Source: Antedon mediterranea (Eukaryota > Animalia > Echinodermata). Taken from it: a stretch of 64,000 nucleotides of DNA. Shown here in pieces: positions 11,935-24,161 of this stretch. Every line of letters starts with the position of its first letter. Positions within the stretch are counted from its first letter, which is position 1. Below the pieces are notes generated by a model. The model made no database searches, had not been told where the DNA came from, and worked only from the letters and a program-made list of their open reading frames with translations. The position numbers were made by a program, and so were the translations under genes. Location of the stretch: NCBI RefSeq assembly GCF_964355755.1, contig NC_092670.1, forward strand, positions 18,338,795 through 18,402,794. The letters are read 5' to 3'.

Positions 11935-11940
11935 TTCGGC
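11868..11940 (-). tRNA. tRNA-Phe: tRNA-Phe(GAA), consensus copy
   Basis: 73/73. Confidence 0.97.
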
Positions 11941-12086
11941 AGTTGAAAGATGCAGTCTATTATTAAAAACAATATTTAGACCTACCGATTTAAAAAAAAA
12001 AAAAAAAAAAAAAACCCCGAACTATAATACACGTTATCTTTTAAAGTTGATAAAATAAATTCAATGAAAAAGATATTCCTGATATA

Positions 12087-12103
12087 TGCCGAAACCCGGG
12101 ATT

Positions 12104-12141
<38 letters not shown>

Positions 12142-12159
12142 AAACTGAGCTATTTCGGC
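12087..12159 (-). tRNA. tRNA-Phe: tRNA-Phe(GAA), one D-loop substitution
   Basis: 72/73. Confidence 0.8.
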
Positions 12160-12297
12160 AGTTAAAAAATGCATTATATCATTCAAAAACAATATTTAGG
12201 CCTACTGATTTAAAAAAAAAAATAATAAACCCGACCAATAAACGATATCTTTGAAAGTTGATAAAATAAATTCAATGAAAAAGATATTCCTGATAGA

Positions 12298-12330
12298 TGC
12301 CGAAACCCGGGATTGAACCAGGGAGCTTCT

Positions 12331-12364
<34 letters not shown>

Positions 12365-12370
12365 TTCGGC
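12298..12370 (-). tRNA. tRNA-Phe: tRNA-Phe(GAA), T41A and G46C, possibly non-functional
   Basis: 71/73, anticodon-stem mismatch. Confidence 0.6.
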
Positions 12371-12491
12371 AATTAAAAAATGCAGTCTATTATTAAAAAC
12401 AATATTTAGGCTTACTGATCAAAACAATAAACGAAAATATTATGGATATACTGTATTTGAAAGTAAATGGGAATAAAATATTCTTGATAGT

Positions 12492-12560
12492 TGCCGAAAC
12501 CCGGGATTGAACCAGGGACCTTCAGATCTTCAGTCTGAGGCTCTCCCAAGCTATTTCGGC
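12492..12560 (-). pseudogene. tRNA-Phe pseudogene, 4-nt D-arm deletion
   Basis: 69 nt. CTGA is missing on the + strand, which disrupts the A box. Confidence 0.9.
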
Positions 12561-12685
12561 AGTTAAAAAACGCAGTCTATTATTAAAAACAATTTTTAGG
12601 CCTACTGATAAAAACCATAAACGAATATATTATGGATATATTTGAAAGTTGATGTAGTAAATGGGAATAAAATATTCTTGATAGT

Positions 12686-12702
12686 TGCCGAAACCCGGGA
12701 TT

Positions 12703-12752
<50 letters not shown>

Positions 12753-12758
12753 TTCGGC
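12686..12758 (-). tRNA. tRNA-Phe: tRNA-Phe(GAA), consensus copy
   Basis: 73/73. Confidence 0.97.
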
Positions 12759-13632
12759 AGTTGAAAGATGCAGTCTATTATTAAAAACAATATTTTAGGT
12801 CTACCGATTAAAAAAAAACCAAGAAGAAACAAAAAGAAACTGTAAACAATATCAGATACGGTAGTTCATAAAGTAAATTCAATCTCAAGGATATTCCTAA
12901 TTATAATGTACCAGCGACCTTAACAATTAGGAAATATCAACTTTTTGGTAATAATTAATTTACCGGAAATAATAAAGGTAAAAAAGTGACGCTTTTGAAT
13001 TTTCCCCGTGTAAACAATTAAAGTTCATTTCTAATTATGTGTAATTTGTAGGCCTATTTTCGGAAAATTGTCGGCGAAAGGTATACATGAAACTGGTCAA
13101 ATTTCCAATTCTTTAGGCCGCCGCTAGAATGACACCCAACAGCAAAAGCTGTCTTCAAGTACCGTCTTGTCTCGATCTTTGTTAAGAGCTTAATGTGTTT
13201 GTTACCCGTATACATCGACTCCGATAACATCAAAGATATTAACCGATAGTCAGACTATTATGATTTTTTGAAGTCTGAGGTTCCGCTCAAAAATGTTCAA
13301 TTACAAATTATGATGGTACCATTACGGTACCAGTATGTTTTCTAACAATTAGGATGGTACATCATGACACATGATATCTTGGTTTCGTCTATGTTGTACT
13401 AGGCCTAGTTTGTATCTTGTGACAAAGTATAATATAATCTTTTTTTTATTATCCTAATAATAATATTAATTCTTATTTTTGTTTTACATATAACATAATT
13501 ATATATAAAAACACAATGATACTACAAAATAAAATCAGTAACAACTATAGAATGTAATTCGTCACGTTGGCGAATCATAGGTGATTATTTTCATAATTAA
13601 TTTTACTGCTATATTATACTTTGTATGTAAAC

Positions 13633-14600
13633 ATTGGCATTAGCATTGGCACGCCACAAGGGTCTGTTATCTCCCCAATGTTGTTTTCACTGTTCACCAG
13701 CAGTTTCAGAGCCAATTCAAATGAATGTTGTATAGTAAAATATGCAGATGACACAGTCATCACTGGATACATTACTGGCAATGATGAAACAAGCTATAGA
13801 CAACTAGGATGTGATTTTTATCACTGGTGCTGCAATAACAACCTGAAACTAAACATAAAGAAAACAAAAGAAATGCAAATTGATTTTAGGAAAATTAAAG
13901 AACCCTTAGAACCTCTGATTATAAATGAAAATGAGATTGAAGTAGTAAATGAGTACAAATATCTGGGTTGTATAATTGACAATAAGCTAAATTGGATAAA
14001 TAATGTAAATAAAGCCACATGCAAAGCCAACCAAAGGATGTTTATTTTAAGAAAAATGAAGTACCTACAAATTGACAAACTATACTTAAATTGTTTTATA
14101 ACTCTGTAATTCTCAGTGTAATACTTTTTTGTAATGTTTGTTTTTATGGTAATACAATGCAAAAAGATAAAATTAAACTTAATCGAATAGGAAATAGAGC
14201 AATTAGACTAGTAGGAGAGCACTTACCTGATGTTGAATCCTTGTATAAAGAAAATGTGTTAAAAAAAGTAAAAAGTATCATTGATGATGAAACACATCCT
14301 CTTCACAAACAATTTGCTCTCATGAATTCTGGCATAAGACTACGTGCACTTAATACCAAAACAAAACGGTTTAGGTGCTCGTTTGTACCTAATGCTATAC
14401 ACTTATATAACTCCAGAGTACAAAGGTAAAATGTAACCGATAATTTTTATCTAATTTTAACAATTTTTAGCCTCTTAACTTTTTGTGTGTGTTCTTGTAA
14501 ATTGTATTTTATATTTTTGTATTTTGCCAGTTTTCAAATCACATTTCTGTTTTTTAAATGGACAATAAAGTATATATGACTATGACTATGACTATGACTA
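13633..14600 (+). mobile_element. 5'-truncated non-LTR retrotransposon, Rex1/Babar-like (CR1/L2 group)
   Basis: RT motifs GTPQGSVISP, KYADDT, LNIKKTKEMQIDFR, YKYLG and C-terminal HPLH..RFRCSFVPNAI. AATAAA at 14564 and (TATGAC)4 tail at 14575-14600. Confidence 0.92.
13639..14429 (+). pseudogene. Reverse transcriptase C-terminal half, single frameshift
   Basis: ORFs 13621-14109 and 14091-14429 join as ..IDKTILKLFYNSV.. if one A is restored at 14077-14079. There are no other stops. Confidence 0.9.
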
Positions 14601-15376
14601 AACTTGTAGTGAACACATTTCTATGGACGTCTATACGCCTACGTAATAAGGGGAAGAATGAGTATTTGTTGTATAGGCGTATGCGTGAATTATATACAAA
14701 TCATTTTGTTATACGGGTATATTCTTGGTGATGCAAACATATTTCACACCTCGTGAACTATAGTTGACAATCACATGGTGAGGCGATTTATAAACTTTGC
14801 GCGTTCTTAATAACTCATCCAATAAGTAATTATGACAAAAACATCTATGAATAAGCATTGTTGAAACTTGTGGGAGAATATACATAGTACTCACAGGTGA
14901 TGTAATAAATCCTCAGGAAAAGAGAGAAACAAGGAAAAGAATGCGTTAAACGGCGCATGATTCCTCGTGTCTTTCAATGCAGACAACAATCGTTAAAACA
15001 GCGTAGTTTCGTTAACAGGTTTCTACGCGAGATTCACAGTACAGTGATTGTTGGGACTAGGCTTATTAATTACTCGACCAGGTGTAAGGAATGACACTGG
15101 GGCTGATGACAAACCAGGCCCAAGGCGCGAGTTAAAAGTGCATAGAACTCGTTAAAATATCCTAATATTACCGGGCTAAACTGATGCACCTCAGGAAATC
15201 TTCGACAATTTAATTCAGAATTAATTTCGTTAAATTATTTTATGAACTATGTGTTGCATGAGAAAAAGAAAGGAATCCTCTTTCGGTCGTTGAACTAGCT
15301 ATAAACCACTTACAGTTTCTTGAGGACAAAAGCGTGGTTCACAATGGGACGCAACAGTTTGGGTAATCCATAGCCG

Positions 15377-16461
15377 GGTGTCACCGAAACCTAAGAACAC
15401 GAAAGCTCAGACCCCCTAAGACCTAAGATCACGAAAGCTAAGACCCAACACCTAAGATTACAAATACTAAGATATACTACAGCTTAAAAACAATACTTGT
15501 TTATCCATACATAATTTTAAACACAGTAGGTTTAATTTATTACCATAAATATAATTTAATACTACCGCAAAACATAGATAAACTCACATTATTTTCGCCC
15601 GTTGAGTAAATGTATATTTTTTCTTTACAACAAACAAACTTGACGGGTTGTTTGTTGGTATATATTTACTCCATTGTGTTGGTTCAGAGGATGTTTTTCT
15701 TACGCACCTGCCTTTCTTGTATTTTGACTCCAAATTTGTTGACTAACTTTATCCTGAACACCACACTTTAAAATTAGGTCTTATAAGTACTTTCAGAAGG
15801 AGAAACACATAATAACAAATAAATAAATCCTTTAAATTGATGATTTTACAGATGTGTTTCTTTGTATACTGTAATGTAACTCCTCGAGCTCCATGCTCAA
15901 TGTTTTTGTTTCTATGGAGCGCCAAAAGAGCAACAATAATAGTACAAGTATAAAAACAGAAAGAAAACAAAACAAAAAAACTTATCATGATTTTTAAGTT
16001 AAAATTTATTTGCCAGTATTTATTTCTTCGTACTTGCATGATTATACTATTATCATTACAATTTTAATTTTACATTGTTCCATCCACACTGTAGATGGAC
16101 TCCACAGAGTTTTCAGCCCTCTATATAATGTTTGCTTTTTTGACGTTCCATAGAAACAAAAACATTGAACATGGGGTAGGCCTACTGTACTGGGTCCACC
16201 CTGTACTGTAGGCTAGTCATTTTGTGTGCGAGAAAAACGTCTGTAAAATCATCAATTTAAAAATGTATTTGTTACTTTTTATGTGATTCTTTTTCATGAA
16301 AATGCCAATTCTAAGGTGTGGTATTCAGAATAAATGTTTGGAGTTAAAATACAAGGCAGGTGCGAAAGATAAATATTTGTAATCTTAGGGTTGGGTCTTA
16401 GCTTTCGTGATCTTAGGTCTTAGGGGGTCTGACCTTTCGTGTTCTTAGGTTTCGTGACATC
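15377..16461. mobile_element. Non-autonomous foldback DNA transposon (~1.09 kb) with long TIRs
   Basis: ~90-bp TIR GGTGTCAC(C)GAAACCTAAGAACACGAAAG.. built of CTAAGA subrepeats. Further inverted arms at ~15695-15930 vs ~16135-16375. Flanking direct repeat CATAGCCG (15369-15376 and 16462-16469), with a TSD length ambiguous between 8 and 11 bp. Confidence 0.9.
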
Positions 16462-18254
16462 CATAGCCGAAATAAAATTCACTACCTATATGTTACTCTC
16501 TTCTTTTTAATTCGTGTGAATACAACCTTAAAAGTTATTGAGATGACCCAAACTCGTTTCCAAAATGACGTTTATTCTTACTACACAGCGTATTTAAAAT
16601 AATGAATTATGTTGAATTATGTTGTCAGTGTTGAAATAGTGCGCGTTAAATGATACCTAGTTATACATTATTAATTGATAGTTACACTGCACCTGTGATT
16701 AGTATTACAATATTGCTTGACGTTTCCGTAACTGCGGGCAAATACCATTAGGCCTCCTACATTAATATTTATTGCTGTGTCAGTTAAAAAAACTAAGTAG
16801 GCCACCTTTGAAAATGAATAATCCATGATATACAGCGTGAAAAGTAAGTGCTGGTTGAAAAATAAAGAAACTTTAGCTTAAAATTGATATATGATTTTCA
16901 GACGCATGAAAAATATATAATTCATCGCGCGCGTAAATTAATGTAGCCTTTTTTTATTTTGAGTCGAAAAGAAGAGGCGCAAAATTGAAATAGAAAAGCT
17001 GCCTTATGATTACTTTACCATTTATGTGTAACACGTAAATGATTTATTGCATTACAGCGAGTACTCATACGATTTACATTAGTAATGAGCACAAAAAACT
17101 GTCGTTCCGTCCGTCGATCAAGTAAAAATTTGGAAAAACGCAGCGCGCCCTCAAGAAGGTGGGACAAAGTTTGAACTACAGGGGGCGGCATACATCTTTT
17201 ATTAAAACACCTGACGATAATCTCTAAAAAATGTGATCTGAGCAGCTGCTGAACACAAGAATTATTTATGATAGACTGCATGAACTTTACATATTATTAG
17301 GAATTTATGATTTTTCAATGGGCAGTAACCAGCTTTAAGTTGAGCAATGGGTAAGTAATATGTAGTTTTAAAAGTTAGAAACGCACTAGTTCAGTGAGCT
17401 TACACAGCAAGGCTAAGCCACAAACTGACCAGCAGCAGTAGAGTAGAGCTACTTCTTGCGCGCGTACGTAGGCCTATAAATAGGCCTACTTAGACCATGG
17501 TCCATGGACAAGATTGTCGCCGTACGCGCACAGGCAAGAGAAGAGCTGGGCTAGCCAGGTTTATTATTTTGTTAAACCAAGGATGAACAAACGTGTGAAT
17601 TCATAATATACTTATTTTAGGCATCTATGCATTTGTTATAATTTGATTAATTATATAGTATAGGCTAGTCATTCCATACATATAGGCCTACATATTTCGG
17701 TTTCACCTTTTAAATCTCGAGCGGGTTCTGCTTGTGATTGTGATAGAAAAACGAGGGCGCTGTTAAGTATTTATTTTTTATACATAATTCATTACGTCAT
17801 ACCATTTGATTAAAGCCAAGTTTTTATGGCTTCTGTTTGGTTTTTTAGTAACAGGTGACATAAATAAACATCTATATAAATTGGTCACATAAAAGTGTTT
17901 TTGTTTGAATATAATATTTTAAATTTTTAGTGTAACTTCATTTTTTATTTGTATTTAAAAAAATTATTTGAATAAAAACATCTCGTCATGGATAGTTTAT
18001 CAATGTTGAACTTTCCTTCTAAATGGTAGTTAAATACATTGCGAAAACTTACAGACGACGTGTCGAAGAAGAAAAAATCTGTGAAAAATTCTGACTGACA
18101 ACATAGGCGGCGCTATTTAATTTATTTCAAGGGCCGATTGAAGATATCGATAAATGGATATTTTAATTTTTTGTGACAATCCATGGTTGTTGGTCTATTT
18201 TAATCAGGACAATAACTTGAATACTAAATGGGCGTTACCGGGCAAACAAACTAA

Positions 18255-18415
18255 AGCTTGGTTCCCATCCATAGGACGCAATGCAAAGGCATGGTGCAAG
18301 CGAGTTGACCAATGACAAGCCACAGTTCGGATAACCCATTGTTGTGGTTGGTCAAGTAACTTTGCGCGTACGTTGTCCCTGGGCGTCGTTGATGCATTCT
18401 AGTTGGAACCATGTT
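18255..18415. mobile_element. PIF/Harbinger-like MITE, degenerate copy
   Basis: TAA+AGCTTGGTTCCCA ... TAGTTGGAACCATGTT, internal GACCAATGACAAG. Confidence 0.75.
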
Positions 18416-21400
18416 TATACGTACAAGCATAAAAAGTAAGCGCAGTGACTTGGCAAATTCTTTGCAAATATTGGCAAGTAAACATGTAGTGGCGCCTGAG
18501 AGAAGATCTAACCTAGAGCTCCAACATCTTGATATCAGTTACAGCAATGTGTATTGGGACTAGAATGTGGCGAATCACGTGACGTCCCCCGAGAAACGGC
18601 AGATCATTCAACTGATTTGCTACACTTTCTTTGGTTATTTTAGTGTAATTCAATTGTAAACTTTTCATAGATAGGTTTGAATTCACAGTACGTCTGCTGC
18701 GTAAATGCTGTCCAGGGCGGGAAACGTGAATCACACCTACATGCACCTTTGTAGCAATGAAATGCACATTTCTCATTGTATCAAGTCATTGTCCTATAAA
18801 CAGTTCGATCATTAATCTTTTTTTATAACAACAGCGCCACCAGTGTATAATTACCGACTTTTCGTTTCACGATGCGCTTCTTCGGTTCACGCACGCATAT
18901 TATTAAAAAGATAATTTTTGGGCACGTTCAGAAACATGAGTATGCGTAGAATAATCTTTTTGATCGATAGGCGCGTAGCTATTAATTGATTACTTGAATT
19001 GATTACATACACAAAAAGGAAATGACAAAATTCGTTCCAGCTATGTTTATTTTTTCATCCCACGCGAAAATAGACCAGAGTAAATTCCATAATACTTAAA
19101 AGCGGATTTATTTGGGACGCTTCCGCGATTCGCTATCTTGTTAATTAATACGTTTCTATATCTGCTAACAATAATAACAATATTTATATTAACATAATCC
19201 AGATTTGACCAATTAACGAATCACATTTTAACTGACTGAAAGGAAGGAAGGATCGCTTCTATGTGATCTGCTGCCCTCTATGTTGTCAAAATCAAAACTT
19301 TTTTTTACAAACTACGCATTACCATATTAAATATCAACATTTTCTTGATATGTACAGTATCTTGATAATTATAATCAATTGACCTACTTATTAAAAACAT
19401 TATATAAAAACATTAGAGGAAAATAGTTCAGCACAGACTTGGCCCAAATGATAAATCTTTGTAATTCATGTTATAACGTATTTTATAGCTTTAGTTTACA
19501 TAGTAAGTTCCAGTTATATATATCGCATGGTTTTATTTAACTGTGCAGGTAAATAGATAATTGTATTAACATTGATTTAGTCATGATTATTGAAAAATAC
19601 AATTTAGATATCTGTTTCATACTTTGATATAATTTACAAAACGCCACAGCAACAAAGTTAAAGCGCGCATACAATTTCACCACGCCGCGCTCGGCGTAGC
19701 GCGTACAGTACTAAGTTCATCAGAGTTTTTACGCGCGCGTTAACATTGTGTTAATTCGTACGCGGGAACAGAAAACTGAATGACATGAACTATTGTATTG
19801 AGTATTAACGTTGCATTCATACTGTACACCAACTTTATCATGTTCAGTATTCCTTGTATAATTATTAAATCACAAACCCACAAAGTATATACAATCTGTA
19901 CATGATTACAGTGTTCATGTAGTATGACCAAGCGATTTTTGGTTTGGTTTAGACTGCATGTGAGCGTTGGTTTGAGCTAGGGCTTGGATGCTCAGTAGTC
20001 GGCACCAATTAATGTAACATTAGCTCGACCCCGTTTGCAAAGGTCGTTGAAAACTAAGAACATAAGTATTGGTAACGGTTCAAGGAACACGTTGAACTTA
20101 AACTTATATTTACGATGATTTATCAATATTAGTTATTAATAACAATTATGATGATAAAAATAAAATAAAAGAACGCTGGCGATGGGAGCAAGAACGACAG
20201 TACTAAGATACTGTAGATTTGAAGTATATTTGGGTAATGATATTCATTGGCGATTGTGATTACGACTATTCTTTCTTATTGACGAAAATTAATACAAATA
20301 ATTATAATAATTACTCTCAACATTATTTTCTATTTCACAGTTTATGGTCAGTACAGTACATATTAAAAGTAGGCTGCGAATTTTCTGTTAAGCAAAAAAG
20401 TTTTAATCGAATACGCGAGATGCTGACATACAATAATACATTAAAGAACATTAGGATGTACTTACCACGTATACGATCTTTTATGGATTAATATGAAAAC
20501 TAAAAAGAAATTGGATCGAAAAACAAAATATTTACCTGAAAAACTCTAATTTAAAGAAAACATGATCAAATTAACTTTTTATTTTGGCTTTTGTTAAATC
20601 GTTATTTTGTTCGATTTTAGTAAATGTGTTAGGTTTCTGTGAACAATAATACATCTTTACAAACAAGTAGACCTAATAATAAAAAATAAGTGTTAATTAG
20701 ATAGTAATAGGCTATATAACATCGTGATTTAAAGAACTGTATAATAATACTGAAAGAATTCAAATGCACTTAAAAATAATCATTCTAAAGTAATAACTAA
20801 TTGAAAAAGGGTAGAATCTATTATTTTGTAAACATTAATGCCGATTTTCGGAACGCTCAGAAATATAGCAACATTAAAAAAACTTTTTTCAAGTTAAACG
20901 TGATATAAATTTCAGTAGTCGCTACTGAAACTATCCAAACTATTACCAGATTTCATTTTATCCACAAGCCAACACATTTATGGTCAAATCGGTTTCAATA
21001 TTTTGTTGGAAAACGCGGATAACCAGGTTTTACATCATCCCTGCAGTAGTTACTAATAAAGATGTCAGTTTATAGTTGAAATTACTTTAATAATTGATTG
21101 TGTTCATTGACATCTCCTATTGGATTCCTGTTTCCGACATTGATGTCTTAGTCATTGGACATCCAAACTTATTCCTTTAATAACATTCGCGCTTTTTTTG
21201 GGGAATCTTTTAATCCAGGTTATTCTATATGTAGTTCATCGGGTCCGCGGCCTCGGAAAGAAGAGGTTCAGCTATTTCGTGCCTAGTTAATCATCGTGTA
21301 GTTTTTACCAAACAAGATTATTTTTCAAAAGAAAAATCTGGATCAATTGTTTTATCGAGTAGAAACGAACGAACGTTTCAACTCTGCGTCCAAACACCTG

Positions 21401-23354
21401 AACGGACGCGCGGAGGCCAGCTTGTTGAAGTTAGGAACAATATTCCATGGAGGGTATTGTAACTCCAATACGTATTCCTCTGGGAAAGGGACGACAGTGG
21501 AAAATGCTGTGTCACTCTATGGAAATGCTCTGAATCACCTTCCTGTGCTAATGAGACGCCATTTTGATTATTTTGTATTCCAATCACCCGTTTTCACTTC
21601 AAACCTCATCAAATTTTGGATCTTGCTGAGGAAATAATAGAAACCCACAAACAAAAATAAAAAAAAGTTAGGAAAGATTATGTATAGTAAAATAACAAAA
21701 AACTGATTATATATATATACTTTTATTGCATGGCATGCTATGTGCATATAAAGTAAGTAGGCCCGTAGCAGGAATAGCTAAAAGAAAACTGCAATAACTA
21801 TTTCAATTGAAGAAACAAAAATATTTGTAGTTTAACGAAATTAAAGAAATACAAAACATAGAAATATTCGTATTCTTGTTAAGTTTAACTTTAATTTCTA
21901 TCAATGGTAAACAATACAATAAAAAATGGTAATATATATATAATGAAACAATACAACATTACCATTAATAGAGGATCTTGTAAGAAGAACATTTCTTGTC
22001 ACGCAAGACCCATAAACGAAAAGAAAAAATGCATTTGTATATAATTATATATATAAAAGAAAATAAGAAAAAAAAAGTTTAGAGGTCAAGTTCGAATCGA
22101 TGAGTTTTTTTACGAAAAGTTCTATGTAGTTCTCAAATATAAACTTCTGAATCAATGTATTCGAATAATTATGTTTTTAGATATAGGCTACTACAGTAAT
22201 CATTCATATTATAGCATTGATAGTTTGAAATAATTTGTTATAAAGAAAATACTATTCGTTTGAATAAAATTATTATTTTTTTCGATCGGAATTTACCATG
22301 CTTAGTAATAAAATATATTGTCGGGTTTTTCCACGATTTATTATCTTTTTTTTTTTATCATCAAAAAAACTCATATTACTCTATATTCAAAGTTCTTCGA
22401 AAATAAATTAAATTTATAGTAAATAAACATGTGTAAATATGTTTTTATTTATATTATTATTTAATATTATTCTTAGGCGATTATTAATAATTATATAGAT
22501 TATTAATTGTTGTTAATTTGAGCCCTAAAATTAAAAATTAACTATATTACGAGTTAATTAATAATTTAATTACGAGAATTTGACGAGATGTGAACTAATT
22601 CAATCTTTTTTTATTACTATCTTATACACGAACTGGAACGACGATACGCGTTCTTATTATCATCTTTAAAGTATTTCTCATTTCCCGCAACTTAGTCACT
22701 GTTGGGATACATGTACCCACTGCTCTAGATTTTTGTTCGAATAGTACAGTATAGGCCTATCTTATTTATTTGATTTATATTAAGTCATCACTAATCCAAA
22801 ATGAAACATATACCTGCTTAATCAATAACAGTGTACGGTATCATTTTTGACGTACGTAAGCTATAACCGAAATTTGCGCCTGGGTGCACAACCGGGATGT
22901 ATTGAACTCTATCCCTCTGAAATTAGGAGCATTTACCAGTAATACTTTATACAATTTTAGTTAGAATAGTGCATTGTATTTTTAGGTTTTTCCCCGATTC
23001 CATGCAGTGTTAAATTGTTGATTTATTTATATACAAGTCAGTAATTGCTAAATTGTTCTTGTTACAGTACAGTATTAATTATGGCACATTCATTTTAACA
23101 AAAATGGTTGTACCGTTTCTCACGATTTTGGGTTTTTGCTTCATATCTTGTATAAAATCCTAATTTTCCAACCTCGTGTAGATTTGTTTTGTTCTTAATC
23201 TTATAGTTTATCAAGATTTCAGAGTTAGTGTAAATGTTTTTACGCCTATGATGTGGGCCTATATTCAAAAACATTGTTTGCATTTACCCGCTCGAACTCG
23301 ACGGCTTAAATGCAAACTCGGCACTGATTTCAAGTAAGGTAGTAGGCTTACTAA

Positions 23355-23489
23355 AGCTTGGTTCCCACTAGGACGTAACGCAAGGACGTAGACGCAACGC
23401 AAATGAGTTAACCAATGACAAGCGACAGTTGAATAAATCCCTTACGTTGCGTTACGTCGTTGTGTTGCGTACCTAGTGGGAACCACGCA
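23355..23489. mobile_element. PIF/Harbinger-like MITE, internally deleted
   Basis: AGCTTGGTTCCCACTAG...CTAGTGGGAACCACGC, flanked by TAA and TTA. Confidence 0.85.
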
Positions 23490-23695
23490 TTATTACGCAG
23501 GGGAAATCCAAACGATAACCATACTACCACAATAATATAAATTTATTTTGATATATCATGTGTTGGGATGGAGAGTATATACGAGTGAAAGTGGGTTAAA
23601 TGATTGTTATCATTTTAATCATGTACATTTATTGTATTTTGTGACATGAAATTACATACTTATTATTATAGTAACACTTTAAACTTCGCGCTTAA

Positions 23696-23874
23696 AGCGT
23701 GGTTCCCACTAGCTACGCAACACAAGGACGTAACGCAACGCAAGTGAATTGACCAATCACAAGCGATGGCTTATTCGCTTGTGATTGCTAACTATCTATA
23801 ACTTCGCTTGTCATTGGTTGAAACGCTTGCGTTGCGTTTACGTCCTTGCGTTACGTTCTAGTGGGAACCAAGCT
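23696..23874. mobile_element. PIF/Harbinger-like MITE, young 179-bp copy
   Basis: TIR AGC(G/T)TGGTTCCCACTAG, TAA on both sides. Confidence 0.92.
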
Positions 23875-23982
23875 TAAGGAATCAAAGTAGTTAAATCAAC
23901 ACTTTGAACAAATCTGAATTAATTTACGTATTTCTCAGACTATTATACTTGTGGACACATACCGCTTACGTAACGACACTTA

Positions 23983-24161
23983 AGCTTGGTTCCCACTAGA
24001 ACGTAACGCAAGGACGTAAACGCAACGCAAGCGTTTCAACCAATGACAAGCGAAGTTATAGACAGTTAGCAATCACAAGCGAATAAGCCATCGCTTGTGA
24101 TTGGTCAATTCACTTGCGTTGCGTTACGTCCTTGTGTTGCGTCGCTAGTGGGAACCACGCT
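23983..24161. mobile_element. PIF/Harbinger-like MITE, young 179-bp copy, inverted relative to 23696 copy
   Basis: TTA on both sides. Two differences seen versus the reverse complement of 23696-23874. An older relic starts at 24165. Confidence 0.92.

Larger units (their letters stand above)
7097..12810 (-). repeat. Tandem array of tRNA-Phe(GAA) genes, ~190-225 bp units
   Basis: 27 near-full-length copies, a 5' half (7097-7128) and an 8-nt remnant (~9865-9872). Short and long AT-rich spacer types. Each copy is followed on the minus strand by a T4-T5 or longer run (Pol III terminator-like). Confidence 0.98.

Noticed and set aside
7097-12810. CRISPR-like repeat-spacer appearance
   Set aside because: The repeats are 73-nt tRNA genes, the spacers are homologous to each other, there are no cas genes and the context is eukaryotic.
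13821-14162. 113-aa minus-strand ORF
   Set aside because: It is the antisense shadow of the LINE reverse transcriptase.
21300-21640. Exon-like segment after a minus-strand acceptor (TTATTTCCTCAG)
   Set aside because: There is no credible coding frame or partner exon. A non-coding exon cannot be supported without RNA data.
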